The notes beneath the pieces were generated by a model, which did not search any database, was not told the DNA's origin, and saw only the letters and a list, made by a program, of their open reading frames with translations. A DNA stretch of 55,948 bases, counting the filler, from Catajapyx aquilonaris (taxonomy: Eukaryota), in assembly GCA_000934665.2 (NCBI GenBank). It is 3 parts of 3 records of this genome, joined end to end, with 100 filler letters (N's around TTAATTAATTAA, not from the genome) between each part and the next. Parts side by side here need not be neighbours in the genome. Positions count along the whole stretch, not along the records: positions 1 to 18,578 come from JYFJ02006663.1; positions 18,679 to 37,228 come from KZ539573.1; 1 more part is not named here. One strand, written 5' to 3'. This document shows positions 12,701 to 25,043 of this stretch, piece after piece. Positions within the stretch are counted from its first letter, which is position 1, and each line of letters opens with the position of its first letter. The position numbers were made by a program, and so were the translations under genes.

Positions 12701-13449
12701 TGGTTTCAATGGTGGATTCTGCACCAGAATGCAGATGATGCTTGTGCTTTCAATGCCCTATTCAACTTTGAACAGTGCAATTTGTGTATATCAGACCCTA
12801 GATAAGGCTGGGAAATTTTTGTACATTTTTGTATCTTAACATCTGATTTAAAAAAATATGAAATGACTATGCAGACAGGTTTCAATGTATTTGGTTTAAC
12901 TGGCAAATATAATGTCTTGCATTGAATGTATTTTATCGATGCCATTCAAATGAAAACGAGTCAAGGTTATAGCAAATTGGCTAATGGATTTCTCGGGGCA
13001 CAAAATGAACATGGTACTGGAATCATAGTTATTATAAACAATTATGTTAGAAAAGAAGTGTGATTGACTATTTTTTGTGTCTTACAGGTTTCCAGGATGT
13101 GGACCCAAATTATTCCCCAAGTAGTGACCTCATCAAGTTCCTTTCCGAAGCACTACCTACACCGGCACATCCTCTGGAGTTGACTGTGAAAGGCATTTTG
13201 GATGGTGTGTATATCATTCAGCTCCCAGGTCTGCAGGGTGAGCTGAAGAAGTTGGGGCTGCTGCCGCCCAGGAAGAAGAGTGGCAATGGAGCAAAGGCAC
13301 AGGTGGATGGCAAAGCTGGAGGAGATGCAGGGGCCATTGTTGACGAGGCTGATTTATTGGATAGCCTGACACCAGAGGCTAAGGCAAGAGTTGTGGCCTC
13401 TAGGGGATGGCACTGTTTAAAAAGCGTTATTGAGTCATGGGCCAAATAA
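6751..13449 (+). CDS. vret: Vreteno-like piRNA-pathway protein (RRM-MYND-RGG linker-3x extended Tudor), 5'-partial. Exons 6751-7337, 9485-10856, 10950-11364, 11438-11890, 12241-12654, 13088-13449
   Basis: All introns are GT-AG and phase-matched (2,0,1,1,1); 3603 nt = 1200 aa + TAA. RRM-like YWAIAVF...A..GLERLNG...LTVTF; MYND CLYC..C..C..YCNKRCQQAHWTVHQQTC; Tudor cores GWYRAKI..DFGN, YYRAAV..IDTG and ELC..LYRGVC..IDFG. RRM+MYND+Tudor order is the Vreteno architecture. Orthology versus other TDRD proteins is inferred. Confidence 0.8.
7586..9034. mobile_element. Non-autonomous DNA transposon with ~125-bp imperfect TIRs (Academ-like) in a vret intron
   Basis: tagaactaattgcaa...aaaagccgccatcttgaaaaaatggc is matched in reverse at ~8910-9034; TAG...CTA termini; no clear TSD. 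Confidence 0.7.
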
Positions 13450-13530
13450 ATAATATTTTTTAGATTATGGATGATTGAGAGAATCTCATTATTTGAATGC
13501 TGTTATGGAAGAAGAGTACAGAGTATACTT

Positions 13531-14102
13531 GAGGGGGTGAAAATCAAAAACCGACAGCCCCGTCATAAACGTAACGGAGAAAAACCTACAGTTTCGCCAT
13601 ATGTCAACGTAGATACCTGAATGTAGCGGCTATAGATTCCTTTACTAGCAACACAACCATTGGTAAGTTATTATGAAATCATCTGCCATTAATACCCAGT
13701 GAGCTGTGGACCGTCCATTCCGCCACTGGGTGGTGTTTGATTTGCAACAGCTGGAGTTGGCGGTTTTTGATGCAAAATTGAGTGAGAGAAACATGAAACA
13801 CAGGTTTATCCGTGTAAATGTTTAAGTTTATTATTCCATGCTTCGTTCCATGCAACGTCGTTATCCGCACCAGCTTCGCAGTATGTACTGTACTGTCTCC
13901 CATGTCAGCTTTAGTTTCGTGATGAAGCTGGCGGTTTTTGTTACGGAGGTCACTTTTCACCCCTGCATTTGACGGCTTTGTTGTAGGGTTTTACATACCA
14001 TATTAAGGTATTATGTACTCCATGGCATGAGGAATGCATTGCCGGCGCTGACTCATTTCTTTTTGTTTTTTGGAGCTGTCGGTTTTTGATTTTCACCCCC
14101 TC
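13531..14102. mobile_element. Sola2-like MITE just downstream of the vret stop codon
   Basis: 28-bp perfect TIR gagggggtgaaaatcaaaaaccgacagc; 4-bp TSD ACTT; GAG terminus. Confidence 0.8.
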
Positions 14103-14662
14103 ACTTGACCTTGACGAACTAACACAGGGTGTAGAACCGAACCAAGTGACTAGCACAGTTCGCTGTATATATGTAAGTAATACTGCAAATCACTTCAAAT
14201 GCAATGAAACGAGAAATGTGTAAATTCAGAGTACTTGAGACCTATCCGTATGCTTACATCTGACAATAAGTAGTAGTGTACAGTGTTGGACATATATCCA
14301 GGCATACCACTAGTGGCATTTTCCGATGCGGCAGAAGAGGGAATCTTGCTCGCTCGGCTTGCAGTATCCTTATCTTTGATTCCTTCTGCCGATTCGGAAA
14401 ATGTTGCTTGCCACCAGTGCCTCGAATGCCCCGATTAATGTCCAACACCGTACAGCTATGAGTGCATTATTAGAAACATTGTATAGATGGTCCAAAACAT
14501 TCAAATATTGGTTATTAAAATCATGTCCTTGAACATCTGACCCCACCTAGGGGTGCCTGTGGACGGGTAGTGTCCACGGACGTGACAAATTCTCTGTTTA
14601 TTCCATGTAAAACCTGGTAGGTTCCAGTTACAAACTTGTAATTTGAAAGAGTAAGCTCTTTG

Positions 14663-14769
14663 TATCAACAGTTCAAAAAGAATTGTCCCGTCCCGTAACT
14701 GGTTCCTTTCATCCTGACGCGTGGCTGCCCGCTCGACGCGACGGGACAATTCTTTTTGAACTGTTGATA
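14663..14769. mobile_element. Short MITE
   Basis: Perfect TIR tatcaacagttcaaaaagaattgtcccgtc. Confidence 0.75.
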
Positions 14770-15102
14770 TCTAATAGCACACGTACTTGTGTCATCGACA
14801 TTAATTTATTTAATGGTAGGTTCAGTCGACTTTAAAGTTATTCTGTGGAGTAGGGTGAGAATGAAATGTATACAGGTAGGAATAACAACTGATATTTATT
14901 CCAGGAATAAATGAACACTTAAAATGTGCTTGCTAACAATCGGTATTGAAAAGCAGAAGTGTTTAACACTGTTTGAGTACTTAGAACACTAACTTGTTGT
15001 AGTTGCGTGGACGTCCTGTGAGAGGGAGAATGTTGCCAAGTCCTGAGTTTGGCTGTGGTGTGCCCTGGAGGATCTCTGCTCCCAAGACAGCCCAAACTTG
15101 GT

Positions 15103-15110
15103 CTTTTATA
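15103..15110 (-). promoter_or_regulatory. Candidate TATA box (TATAAAAG) of a minus-strand transcript
   Basis: Consensus TATA followed by a candidate ~85-nt exon ending in donor caa|GTTAGT at 14993. Confidence 0.35.
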
Positions 15111-16103
15111 CTTAACTTCCACGTGTTAACTACTTTATGACGGTGTCCAATGAAGCACGCAGATGCCTATTGACGTACATTGCGACACCTGACACTACCG
15201 ATACCATCTCAATTGGATACGGTTAGTTTTAATGTGCTGAAATGCGTCATTAGTAACTCTACATTAGATGACGCATTTCGTATTTAACGACGATACGGTC
15301 AAATTGAAGGGTACCTTTGCATCATACGATGACGCATGAAAAAATAGTTTAACATGTTACATAAAAGGTTTCGCAAGACTAACGAAATGTTGCAAAAGAC
15401 TATGGCTTACTCAGCAATGGTGACACTTGAGCAAAAATTGAAATTTGAAATGCTTGCCTACATTTACCAGGTGGCACAGATGTGACGCACTGATCTCGAC
15501 ACTTCACTAAATCTGACGTTTAGAGCAGAATTACATGTCTTCATCAAGCAACCAAACCAACAGGTTTTTGATTCAGCTTTTCAATATGGCTGCATCAGCA
15601 AGCGAAAAGGCAAAAATCCTACACATTGCTGCTTCTTGGACGATTTTATAACAGTTTTTATTTTTGTCCACAGACGTGACTAGAAACCTTGGGACAAAAT
15701 TCCTCTTGCAATAAAATCGATGCAATTTGGAACTTCAGGACAAAGAATCCGCTAGCCTTTACCTTCAATATTCCTTTCTCCTTTATTCTAATTTAAAAAG
15801 TTGCATAACATCTTATGCCTTGCATAAAAATTGACAAAACTACGAAAGTGAAGGTTGGGACACGCCACGGACGTGTCATGTCACGATCTGTAGCCTAAAG
15901 AAAAAAATGAAATAATTTTCTCATTACATATTATTTGTTATGTGCCCCATATTCTGCAAGTTGAAATCTTATTTCTTAGTATGTTATCTTGTTTTCAGAT
16001 GTTATATTGCATCCAGAAATTAGCTGGGACATGAATTGCAGGCTTTTTCACTATTCACCCTCATGTATTGAAGTCGTTATGGTTAACCAAGTCCACACCC
16101 AAT

Positions 16104-16360
16104 CGAGGGGTCTGTGCCAGAGGGGCGCATGTAGCATGCATTGCGCCAGAGAGGCGTATGTGGTATATGCGCCCCTTTGGAAAAATGAGCTTCCAGAACC
16201 AGTCACTACCGCCTATGTGGAGCAGCGGAAAATGGCGGGAACTAACTCCTGTGCATATGCGCCTCTTTGGCACAAGATTGGACCCACTGTTTGCAGGAAC
16301 ACAAAAGAGAACCGATGTCGCGCCAAAAGTCACTTACGCCCCTCTGGCACAGACCCCTCG
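16104..16360. mobile_element. Sola-like MITE
   Basis: TIR cgaggggtctgtgccagaggggcg; 4-bp TSD CAAT. Confidence 0.75.
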
Positions 16361-16669
16361 CAATGCTCTGATGTTTTGACAGATAGCAATGGAGAGCAGC
16401 AAGTGGAAAATTGTCCCAAAGACTTTAATAATTGCACTATGACGGGCAATTCACTATCTTTAAAAGGTATTCCACCAATGTGTGTAGGAAACTATTGTTA
16501 CCAAATCCTCTTCAGTTCTTATACATAAACATACATACATATAAACAGTCAAGTACTATTCACTATAATGTGACATTATGTGAATGTCACATTTACTTTT
16601 TGTGCAGTGATGGGCTTATGAAGTCGTGCTTGCTTCATATAGTTTTGAGGTCTGATTTATGCAACAACC

Positions 16670-16961
16670 AAGGGGTTCGCAACTCCCTGGAACCGGTGTG
16701 CACCCTGGCCAAGAACCAGGTGGAACCGGCTCGGAGCCAGCCTGGAACCGGGTGGAACCTACCGGTTCCAGGATCTGGTGTACACTTTTTTGGGGAGTTT
16801 CTAACCCCTTGGGCGTGGCCAAGGTGTTAGCAACTCCTGGAACCGGTGTACACCCTAGCCAAGGAACCATGTGGAACCAGCTTGGAACCAGCCTGGAACC
16901 AGGTGGAACCTACCGGTTCCAGGATCTGGTGTACACTTTTCTGGGGAATTGCTAACCCCTT
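16670..16961. repeat. Tandem dimer of a ~140-bp self-complementary unit rich in TGGAACC motifs
   Basis: Units ~16670-16810 and ~16821-16961, each bounded by aagg(g)gtt.gcaact...a.tt.ctaacccctt. Confidence 0.75.
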
Positions 16962-17744
16962 CGCAACAACAAAGTTGCTGGCTGCAGACAATGTTATCCC
17001 ACCAAAAACCTTTCTGTAAAAAAAGGCCAAGTTCTCCTGACTGCTTGGCCGTCAAAAGTGGTGAGATCTGAAATACGGCCAAGTTCAACGTCGTTGTCAA
17101 TTACTGGCATTCTCAACTTTTTCAACCTAAAGTGCAAAGTAATTCATGGAAAAGTAAAATGTTGCTGAGTTGCTTAAAAACTTTCAGGGCATGCACTTAT
17201 TATTATTATGTGCCTAATACTATTATGATCCAAGGACATGTATGATGGTAAAATTGTGTTTCTACAGATGACAGGAGTTTTAATTACTAGATAATAATTA
17301 TGACTAATGGTGTGATGTAGTAATAAATATTTTACAATATCAAGTATATGATTAGATTACTAACTGTACTTCTGGTGAGAAAGTTTATGATGTGTACTGA
17401 AGCTAATGAGCATAATAACCTATATTATGCGCATATACATATATTACATGCATATTTATGCGTGTAATGGTTGCTAGGGTTATACCTGTTGTCAATTTAT
17501 TATGTTGACATGAATTAGGGAGCACGGCAGTGCCCCCACCAAGTTCTCGCCGCACTGCCGGACCACCTTTACCCGACACAACTCGCGTCATTTTGACCCC
17601 CCTCGAATCTTCGCACTGGTGAACATAGGTGGCTTCAAAAATTTTATTTGGGTAGATAAAAATCGATTAAAAATAATTCCCCCTTACTTCCATGTTCATA
17701 TCTCTTTTCATTTCCGACTTTAAAAATCCTAAAAACTCCCGAAA

Positions 17745-17860
17745 CGGCCAAAATATGACACTCACTGACTGACCGGCTGACTCACTCACTGATCATCAAA
17801 ATTATACGAAACTTCCAGTGGTCCTAGGATGCTGAAATGTGGTATGCTGGTAGAGCTTGT
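17745..17860 (+). mobile_element. Helitron-like non-autonomous fragment
   Basis: (CTGA/CTCA)n microsatellite followed by ctaggatgctgaaatgtggtatg, a layout recalled from insect Helitron derivatives. Confidence 0.35.
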
Positions 17861-18087
17861 CAAACAAACATCAGAATAAATCTGAAAACTTCACTTTTTT
17901 GAGTCAAAATGCTAATAATTTTTTTTTCACGAAGTCTGCTGCTGCTTTACCAGATGCGGCATTTTTACCACGGATTACTTTTTACTTTGAAATTCCAGTT
18001 AATATGCTGGTGCTCCTCCTGCCCTCCCCACGTTCTCATCTCCTCACCCCCCTCCCTTCCCTCCTCCCCTCCTGCATACCGCTAGGC

Positions 18088-18293
18088 AACGACGTAGCCA
18101 GCCCCCCCCCCCCCTCTAAATCTTGTGGATTAAAAAAAAAATCANGGCGGGGGGAAGTGCTACCAATTTCATCTAATACACACCCATTCAAATCTCCCAT
18201 ATTCACCTAAGCTCGTGTGACCTTGAACCCGAAAAAATTTCGCCTGCGGCAGACCTCCCCGCCCCCCAAACTGGATTCCTGGCTACGTCACTG
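18088..18293. mobile_element. hAT-like GC-rich MITE
   Basis: caacgacgtagccag...ctggctacgtcactg; imperfect 8-bp flanks ccgctagg/tcgctagc. Confidence 0.6.
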
Positions 18294-19785
18294 TCGCTAG
18301 CTATCTGACTGAAACTGCGATTGCATTTCATACAAATACAATACAAATACCTAAATACCTAAATACCTAAAATACAAAATAATGCAAATACAAAATTCGA
18401 GGTCATCAACAGCCTATGTGTACAGGGAACAATTCCCAATTTGTGTGGCGTATGCCATTACCATACAGAGGACAGAGCCAAGTAGTGGGGGCTCTTAGCG
18501 AGATGAAGGGGACAAGTTGGACAAAAGCACCAAACTTTGCATGGAGTTTTGTTTGGTCCTATGCTAATAGTTTTTGGTNNNNNNNNNNNNNNNNNNNNNN
18601 NNNNNNNNNNNNNNNNNNNNNNTTAATTAATTAANNNNNNNNNNNNNNNNNNNNNNNNNNNNNNNNNNNNNNNNNNNNCGCTTGCATCATATTGAATGAG
18701 CAGCAGTCGCTCAACGTTCTAACCCAAGTCGCTTTATGTGTTGCAGTTTGTTTCAACAGTTCAGACGTGCAACGGGATTGATTCAAGCTGGATTCTCGGA
18801 TGTGTCCGATAAATTGAGACAGTAGCACAATACGGGCTGACTTCACTCCTAATTTTCGACACCCACCTGTCCGGCACGATTTCATACCTTCCGAAAAAAT
18901 ATTTTTTTTTCAACCTTATCTTACCTGAGTCTATCCACCATACCCTCTGCAGCACTTACTTTTACATCCATATCGTTGATCTCTCCCGAAGTTACAAAGT
19001 AGATTTGCGCGTGAGCCACGAATATGAAAGGCAGCTTCAAAGTGAAACTCGAGCCGCCTGTCGCCCCGACCGGCGACCACATCAAGTCCCTACAACTTAC
19101 CGGTCTGTGACCTGCGAAAGGGTAGGCGACAGGTGGCACAAGTTTCACGTGAAATGGGCTATAGCATCACTTACAAGGCACTTTAGGAGAGATAATGTCG
19201 GAAGCGTGATCCTGCATAGCCCTTTTTACATTACCTTCAAAGCTAGGACACAATATGCATAAGGTAAGCCAACCGATGGAAGGCACGCGTACCTGTCCCG
19301 ACTACCTTGAATTTCCATTTTATTTTCCTGAATAGGGAAGCAACTACTCTGCCAAAATATGCAATCCGAACCGGCATTTTCAGACTAGCTAGCTAGTTGA
19401 AAAGCTTCAAAGCACTGACAAATCTGAACGTCAATACATTCAAAACAAGTGCCTCCTCCCTTCCCAACATTACCCCATCAATGGGCCTGCAACTGGCACC
19501 AATTTACCCGCTCCTGGACTGTATAAACATTCGCGCATTTTCCAGCCCCACACTGCCACCGTATATTTATAGCCACATAGACCACATGCAAAATTCAACG
19601 AGCAAGGCACAGCATGATTTAGCCCAAGTTGCAATAAACCAGAAAGAGCGCATTTAAAAAAATTTGCGTAATTGAAAGCCATCCCCACATATTTCCTTGC
19701 CAATCTCTATACACACAACTTGTGAGACAATCTATGCCAAAAGTGACATATCTCCTCGTCATATGTGGAATACAATACTCTAGGG

Positions 19786-19999
19786 AAGTGGTTCCCAACC
19801 TGGGGGGTCGAGCGGGGCCGTGGTAATTTTTACAAATTAAAAAATTACTAAAACTGACAAAATATTTTTAAATCAAACAAAAATTTATAGGTAATTTCAT
19901 CGCGAAGGTTTCTTTTCAACCCCTACTAAAACTCGGCGGGGGGNNNNGGGGGGGTCCACAGGTTACTTGACTATCATAAAAAGGGGTCGCGACCCACTG
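19786..19999. mobile_element. hAT (Charlie-like) MITE
   Basis: agtggttcccaacc...gacccactg with ctctaggg/ctctatag flanks. Confidence 0.55.
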
Positions 20000-22900
20000 C
20001 TCTATAGGGCAAATTCGCAGAAATCCATGCCCCATCCGCACTCAGAATTGTATACAAATAGTTTCGCGATGACAATCCTACCACTAAGCATATCTTCATG
20101 TTTAAATTTAGTAATGAGTAAGTTCTTACCTCTGTTCCGCTAAAACCGCCCCCAGAATTTTCCGAGCTAAAGGTGTAGAATTACTCAGCGTACAACTTCG
20201 CAATTTGCCGCACGCCTTGACATTTTCAAGCTCGCGGCGCTGAACTTGGTGACAGTACGGCTCAAGTTGCGTCGCCGGGCATTTACCCCCTATCACATTT
20301 GAGCACACTACTGACACGTTCGGGGTTTAACATAGGAAGATGATACCCATAAATCACAAGTAAACTCCCCCCCTNCCCCCCCCCCACACACACACACGCA
20401 TACATTACTGGCTCCCGTTCCTGTAAACAAGACCTAAACCTTTACCAATTCGTCCCCTGGGCAGCCCAACATCCTTCTTCTTCCTGCGAAAATTAAGACA
20501 TACAATGACACATGGCCCAACACCACCTCTCCGTCATCTCACCTATCCGACGCTGCCCACTCGGCCGAATATGGTGTGCATACCGCACCGACGCTACACA
20601 CCTCGACTGAATCCGCGCCCACCAATCTCGACCCTTCCTAGCCGCAGTGACGCAACCGAAGAAGTGACAGGTGGGGCGGCGATGTCCGTGTGTACAACAA
20701 AAAACCCCGGCGACGGCGCCTTCCTTCCCACCCGCCCCATCCATCCTCGGGATTGGTCCACCCCGCAAGAAATGGGTCCAGCGCCGAGATTCGACGCACC
20801 CGTCGACATAGTGTGTTTTGATGGGATCCGACATCGACGGTGTTCGCCTATATCTTATTACTTACGCTTCGGTAGTTATGTCGGCCCACTGCCGGCCTGG
20901 TGTCAGGTTCGAACCGATCAGCCGTTATTAATGGCCGTTTCATCCACAGTTTGACGTCCCGGGATAATAACGAACCGATTGGCGTACGCTCATCATTTTT
21001 TTAGACACCCGGTCTTTTCAAGCTTCTGGCGTCCTTTTGTACAAATATAGAATTTGGAAGCGACGCTGTTTTGGCCAGACGTCCAATTTCAGAGCAATTG
21101 CATGGAGAGAGTGGGGAACGAGCAGAGCAATGCTCTTTAAACGAGGATGCTCAATTCGTGGGCAGCAGTCATTTTTCTCACATTTCTATTCCTGTTGCTA
21201 GGATACCGGTAATAATTCAGTATGCAGGTGTAGAGACTAGAGAGGCATTCCAACAAGTTCTGTCATGCAGCAGTGGGTTGAGGGAGGCACTGTCATCCAC
21301 CAATAAAAGTCTAATTAATTCTGGAGTTACCCTTCGACACAAGGTGCTCTAAATAGGCGTCCATGCTGCGGGGGTGTTCAATTTCCAGCATTACACAGGT
21401 CAAAACATCAGGTCACTTCAATGCTTGGAGAAGGCGTGTCCTAATTGAGATATCGAGAATTTTATTTTCTCCTATTTGATGACCCAACGTATAATGTCGT
21501 CACGGCTCATGAACTTAACGAAAGGTCAATTAACCACGGTCCATTGAACCACACGCCTCCTTACCTACGATCGGTTAAATATATCGGATTACTCAAACTC
21601 GACCTAACAGGGGATCGATTAACCTGCATTGCACAGAATTATTGGGAGCTCCCAAGTCGATAATAATTACATACTCTGCCAGGCAACGCTACCAACCCAA
21701 TTGCACATAATATTGAAGAGCTAATCAGTTGCTGAATAAACCCAAGCATTGTTGAACATCAACTGACCTGAAAGATTACGGGCTGCACTTAAGTGCACTT
21801 TAAAATATCGAGTTTTGAACACCGCCCTCGTGTTGATTCCCCCCCCCCCCCCCCCNCCTCGTTCTTTCGCCACAGCCGCTGTAGTTGCCCCCAAAGTTGG
21901 CCTACGATCGATCCGCTCCATTTGACAAAAACCACGGTACCTACATACCTACTTCCAAACCCCCATTTTTTCACAACGAAAGACCCACTCGCAGAAAATA
22001 AATGTCCGGGACCGACAGGACATCGCCCATAATGCTATTCGGGCGTGGGATGAATTCAATGCCACTAATCAACACTCGCTCACTGACCCCCCTACGACAA
22101 ATTCTGACTGATTAGTGTAAATTCAACAGTGTTCAGTATCCTGAGATCAGCCATCCTATATTGAAATAACATTAAATCATCATTCATATAATACTTCCCT
22201 ATTACCGGACAATTTGAAGCGGAAATGTCTCCTGCCTGCAGCCAACTCGATGTTTACTGCAGGGCAAACACATTACAATTGAACCACGGAATCGGCAAAC
22301 ACTCTATGTTATATCAAAAAATACATGCTCGTTTCATAAACCCCTGCAAACCCAGTTTATTGTAGCGTCTAACCACCATAATCCTTCAAATTGCTGCCGG
22401 AAGTCCCAGTCTATCCCCGTTGCAATTATTACAGTTCTTTTCCGGGTCGTCGAGTCAACTTGACTCCAGGCTTTGACGTCTCAAGGAGGAAATCAGCTGG
22501 ATATACCTAATAAAAAGCGAATTCCCCTCTCCTTTCTGCTCCACCCTGTGTATGATGAAATTGTCCCGCAGAGGAGCAAAATCCCATTACCATTACTGAA
22601 GAAGAGGTCGGACGGCGGCGTCATCCACGTCCAACATATCCCCAGTTCAGAATCGGGCCAAGAAACAAGCCGCTGCCTGACGTCAATAATAATTGTCGTT
22701 GATGAGTCGACCAGATGGCCTTTTGCACGTACAAGCAAATCAAAGGATCCCCCCACGTGATTCCCATTGATTTCGTTCAATTGACACATCGCCGCCGGCC
22801 ACTATTGTCGCGGCCACCTGCTGGCGTCCACTTGCTAAGAATAGCAACCCCCACGACTTGTCCTCCACATGAGCATAAAAATCCCTCGACATTATCTATG

Positions 22901-23635
22901 CGTCCAACCAGCCAACCCCGATATCCGCACAAGGCATTTTCTGCAATGCCGCGTGACTGAGTTGCCCAGCAGAAAGTGTGGCCATATAGTCATCTATAAA
23001 TAACATGCACTCTGGTAAAAAGCATCCTGCTGTGCCTTGATGAGCATCTACAGTGGGTGTCGACTTCTTTGTTTCAATCATATGTATGTGACCTACGCCT
23101 CCGGATTGACTTTTTTCCCCGACCGCAGAAACTGGTAGAAGGTCAGAGTTGAGGAAAATTGTGTCTTTTGCTGGGAATAGAGGAGGAGGAGCGGAAATCC
23201 TCTTACAGGTCCATCGATTCATAGTGAGACGCACTGCCAATTTCCAGAAAACAGTTTTTGTGGGTTGCGACTTACTATATATAGGAAGGCATGGCTTGTT
23301 ATCGCGGTTGGTGCTTCGCGACAAAGCATTTTCGATCCTCTCTCCCCCAAAAAATGATGAACACAATTTAATGGCAAGGTTCACAAGCGATATTCCACTA
23401 ATGAGAGGAGTGGGACAACAGAAATAATTGCCCCAAGGTCGAATGTCACATTCTGACTCCAATGGCAACGGGCTCTTTTTCCGTCACAATCATCTTCCTG
23501 AACTCGCGTTGCACAAATCTTGGCGATTTCCTTTTCGTAAACATATTCCAGAACACTACATATTATCCTGTGGGGTAACAAAATGCTCCCGTGTATGATT
23601 TCCACTGTCGCTTTGCGCTTTCGGTGCATCAAAAC

Positions 23636-23799
23636 CAGGGATGGAAAAAGAACCGCTTCTTTGGGAGGAAGCGGTTCTTTTTCCATCCCTGCACATGGAA
23701 AAAAGAAGCGCTTCTTGGAAGGAAGCGGTTCTTTTTCCATCCCTGCACATGGAAAAAAGAAGCGCTTCTTGGAAGGAAGCGGTTCTTTTTCCATCCCTG
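23636..23799. mobile_element. hAT MITE made of three tandem hairpin units (54-bp period)
   Basis: TIR cagggatggaaaaagaaccgcttc; perfect 8-bp TSD ATCAAAAC at 23628-23635 and 23800-23807. Confidence 0.9.
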
Positions 23800-24166
23800 A
23801 TCAAAACTCATTTAAAAACCACCTATATCCGACAGCCAAGAGTAAAGGGAAAATTATATTGCGTACTGTATGCTTTCTCTCAACAGAGTGGCACATGTGA
23901 TTTGGGAACACTGTTGTGTCATGCTCCATAGCTAATATCAATAGTAACGAAATTGCAACATCATTCTTCAAGTGTCAGACCTTTGTCACACGCGCCAGTG
24001 CAACATAATTATATAATTCGCAAAAAGAAACATTTGGCTATGTCGTTTTTTAAAAAAACGCATTATCATTCCTTTACCTATACTGTAAATCGGTAATAAT
24101 TCGCTCTTTTACCCTTCACATTTAATATATAAATATTTTCTGCTTTTATATAGCAATGACAATATA

Positions 24167-25043
24167 CGAGGGCCGTACCAAAATGATTTACAATTTATTT
24201 ATTTTTTGCCGAAAATACAGGGACCATGCAGGTCGGCAAATAGGCACACACTATCGACAGAACCCTCCCGGAGCCGAATGCACAGGAGTCATGGGTGTGG
24301 CAACCTCTCCAGGGCCCCCAGGAACCACTTTTTGGAGGTACGACGCACCTACTACCGGACAACTGCTCAGTCAGCAACTATCAACATGTCCTTAAAATGG
24401 CGTCGGCGAAGGAATTTTTCCGGCATAGATCTCACTTTGAGTGCTTCCACACCCACCGTACTCCCCTGGCCTGGCCTCTAGTGACTTTGTTTGTTTGTTT
24501 GTAATACCCCGTGATGGGGCCAGGGGCCGTCTTAGGGGAGGAGGGAGGTTCCCAAGGGAGGCGCTCTTAAGGAGTTATTTCTGACCCTATTAAATATACC
24601 AGAGCTTTTCTCTTGGCCATGGGCAGAGAAGGGAGTGCAATCCTGCCCGAACATGCCGGATGAAAAGGGTAAAAAGACCCGACCAAGCGAAGGTGACTGC
24701 CTGACGCAGACGGGATTTGAACCCCGGACCTCCCGCTTGGCTGGCAGGTAGAATAGCCATTAGACCACCATGCCCCCCGCCTATACAGTGACTTTCATCT
24801 GTTCGAATATGTTTAAAAAGTCCCTTCGTCGATGCCATTTCCAGGACATTGTTGACTGTGAAGAGTTGTCCGGGAGTCGGTGCCCCGCACCACCAAAAAG
24901 TGGTTCCTGCGGAGGGCCTGGAGAGGTTGCCCAGTGACAGTGCCACTGCAGTCGGCTCCAGGATGTGTGCCTATTTTTCGACCTGCAAGGGCATTGTGTA
25001 TGTGGCAAAAAACAAATTGTAAATAATTTTGGTACTGCCCTCG
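24167..25043. mobile_element. Mariner-like fold-back element with ~250-bp imperfect inverted arms
   Basis: TA|cgaggg(c/a)gtaccaaaat termini; 24167-24430 pairs with 24808-25043. Confidence 0.8.
24590..24779 (-). mobile_element. tRNA-Gly-like-headed SINE family D in the loop of the mariner fold-back
   Basis: A box tggtggtctaatgg, ctGCCa loop, B box ggttcaaatccc. Confidence 0.65.

Noticed and set aside
18623..18634. TTAATTAATTAA island between N-runs (also 37273-37284)
   Set aside because: An identical palindromic 12-mer with stops in all frames inside two gaps is an assembly/scaffolding linker, not biology.
20493..23468. Several 90-190-aa ORFs in the GC-richer intergenic region
   Set aside because: No domain motifs, overlapping on both strands, and no consistent splice structure.
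23636..23799. CRISPR-like appearance of palindromic repeats (also 16670-16961)
   Set aside because: No unique spacers, eukaryotic context, and an 8-bp TSD identifies the first as a hAT MITE.
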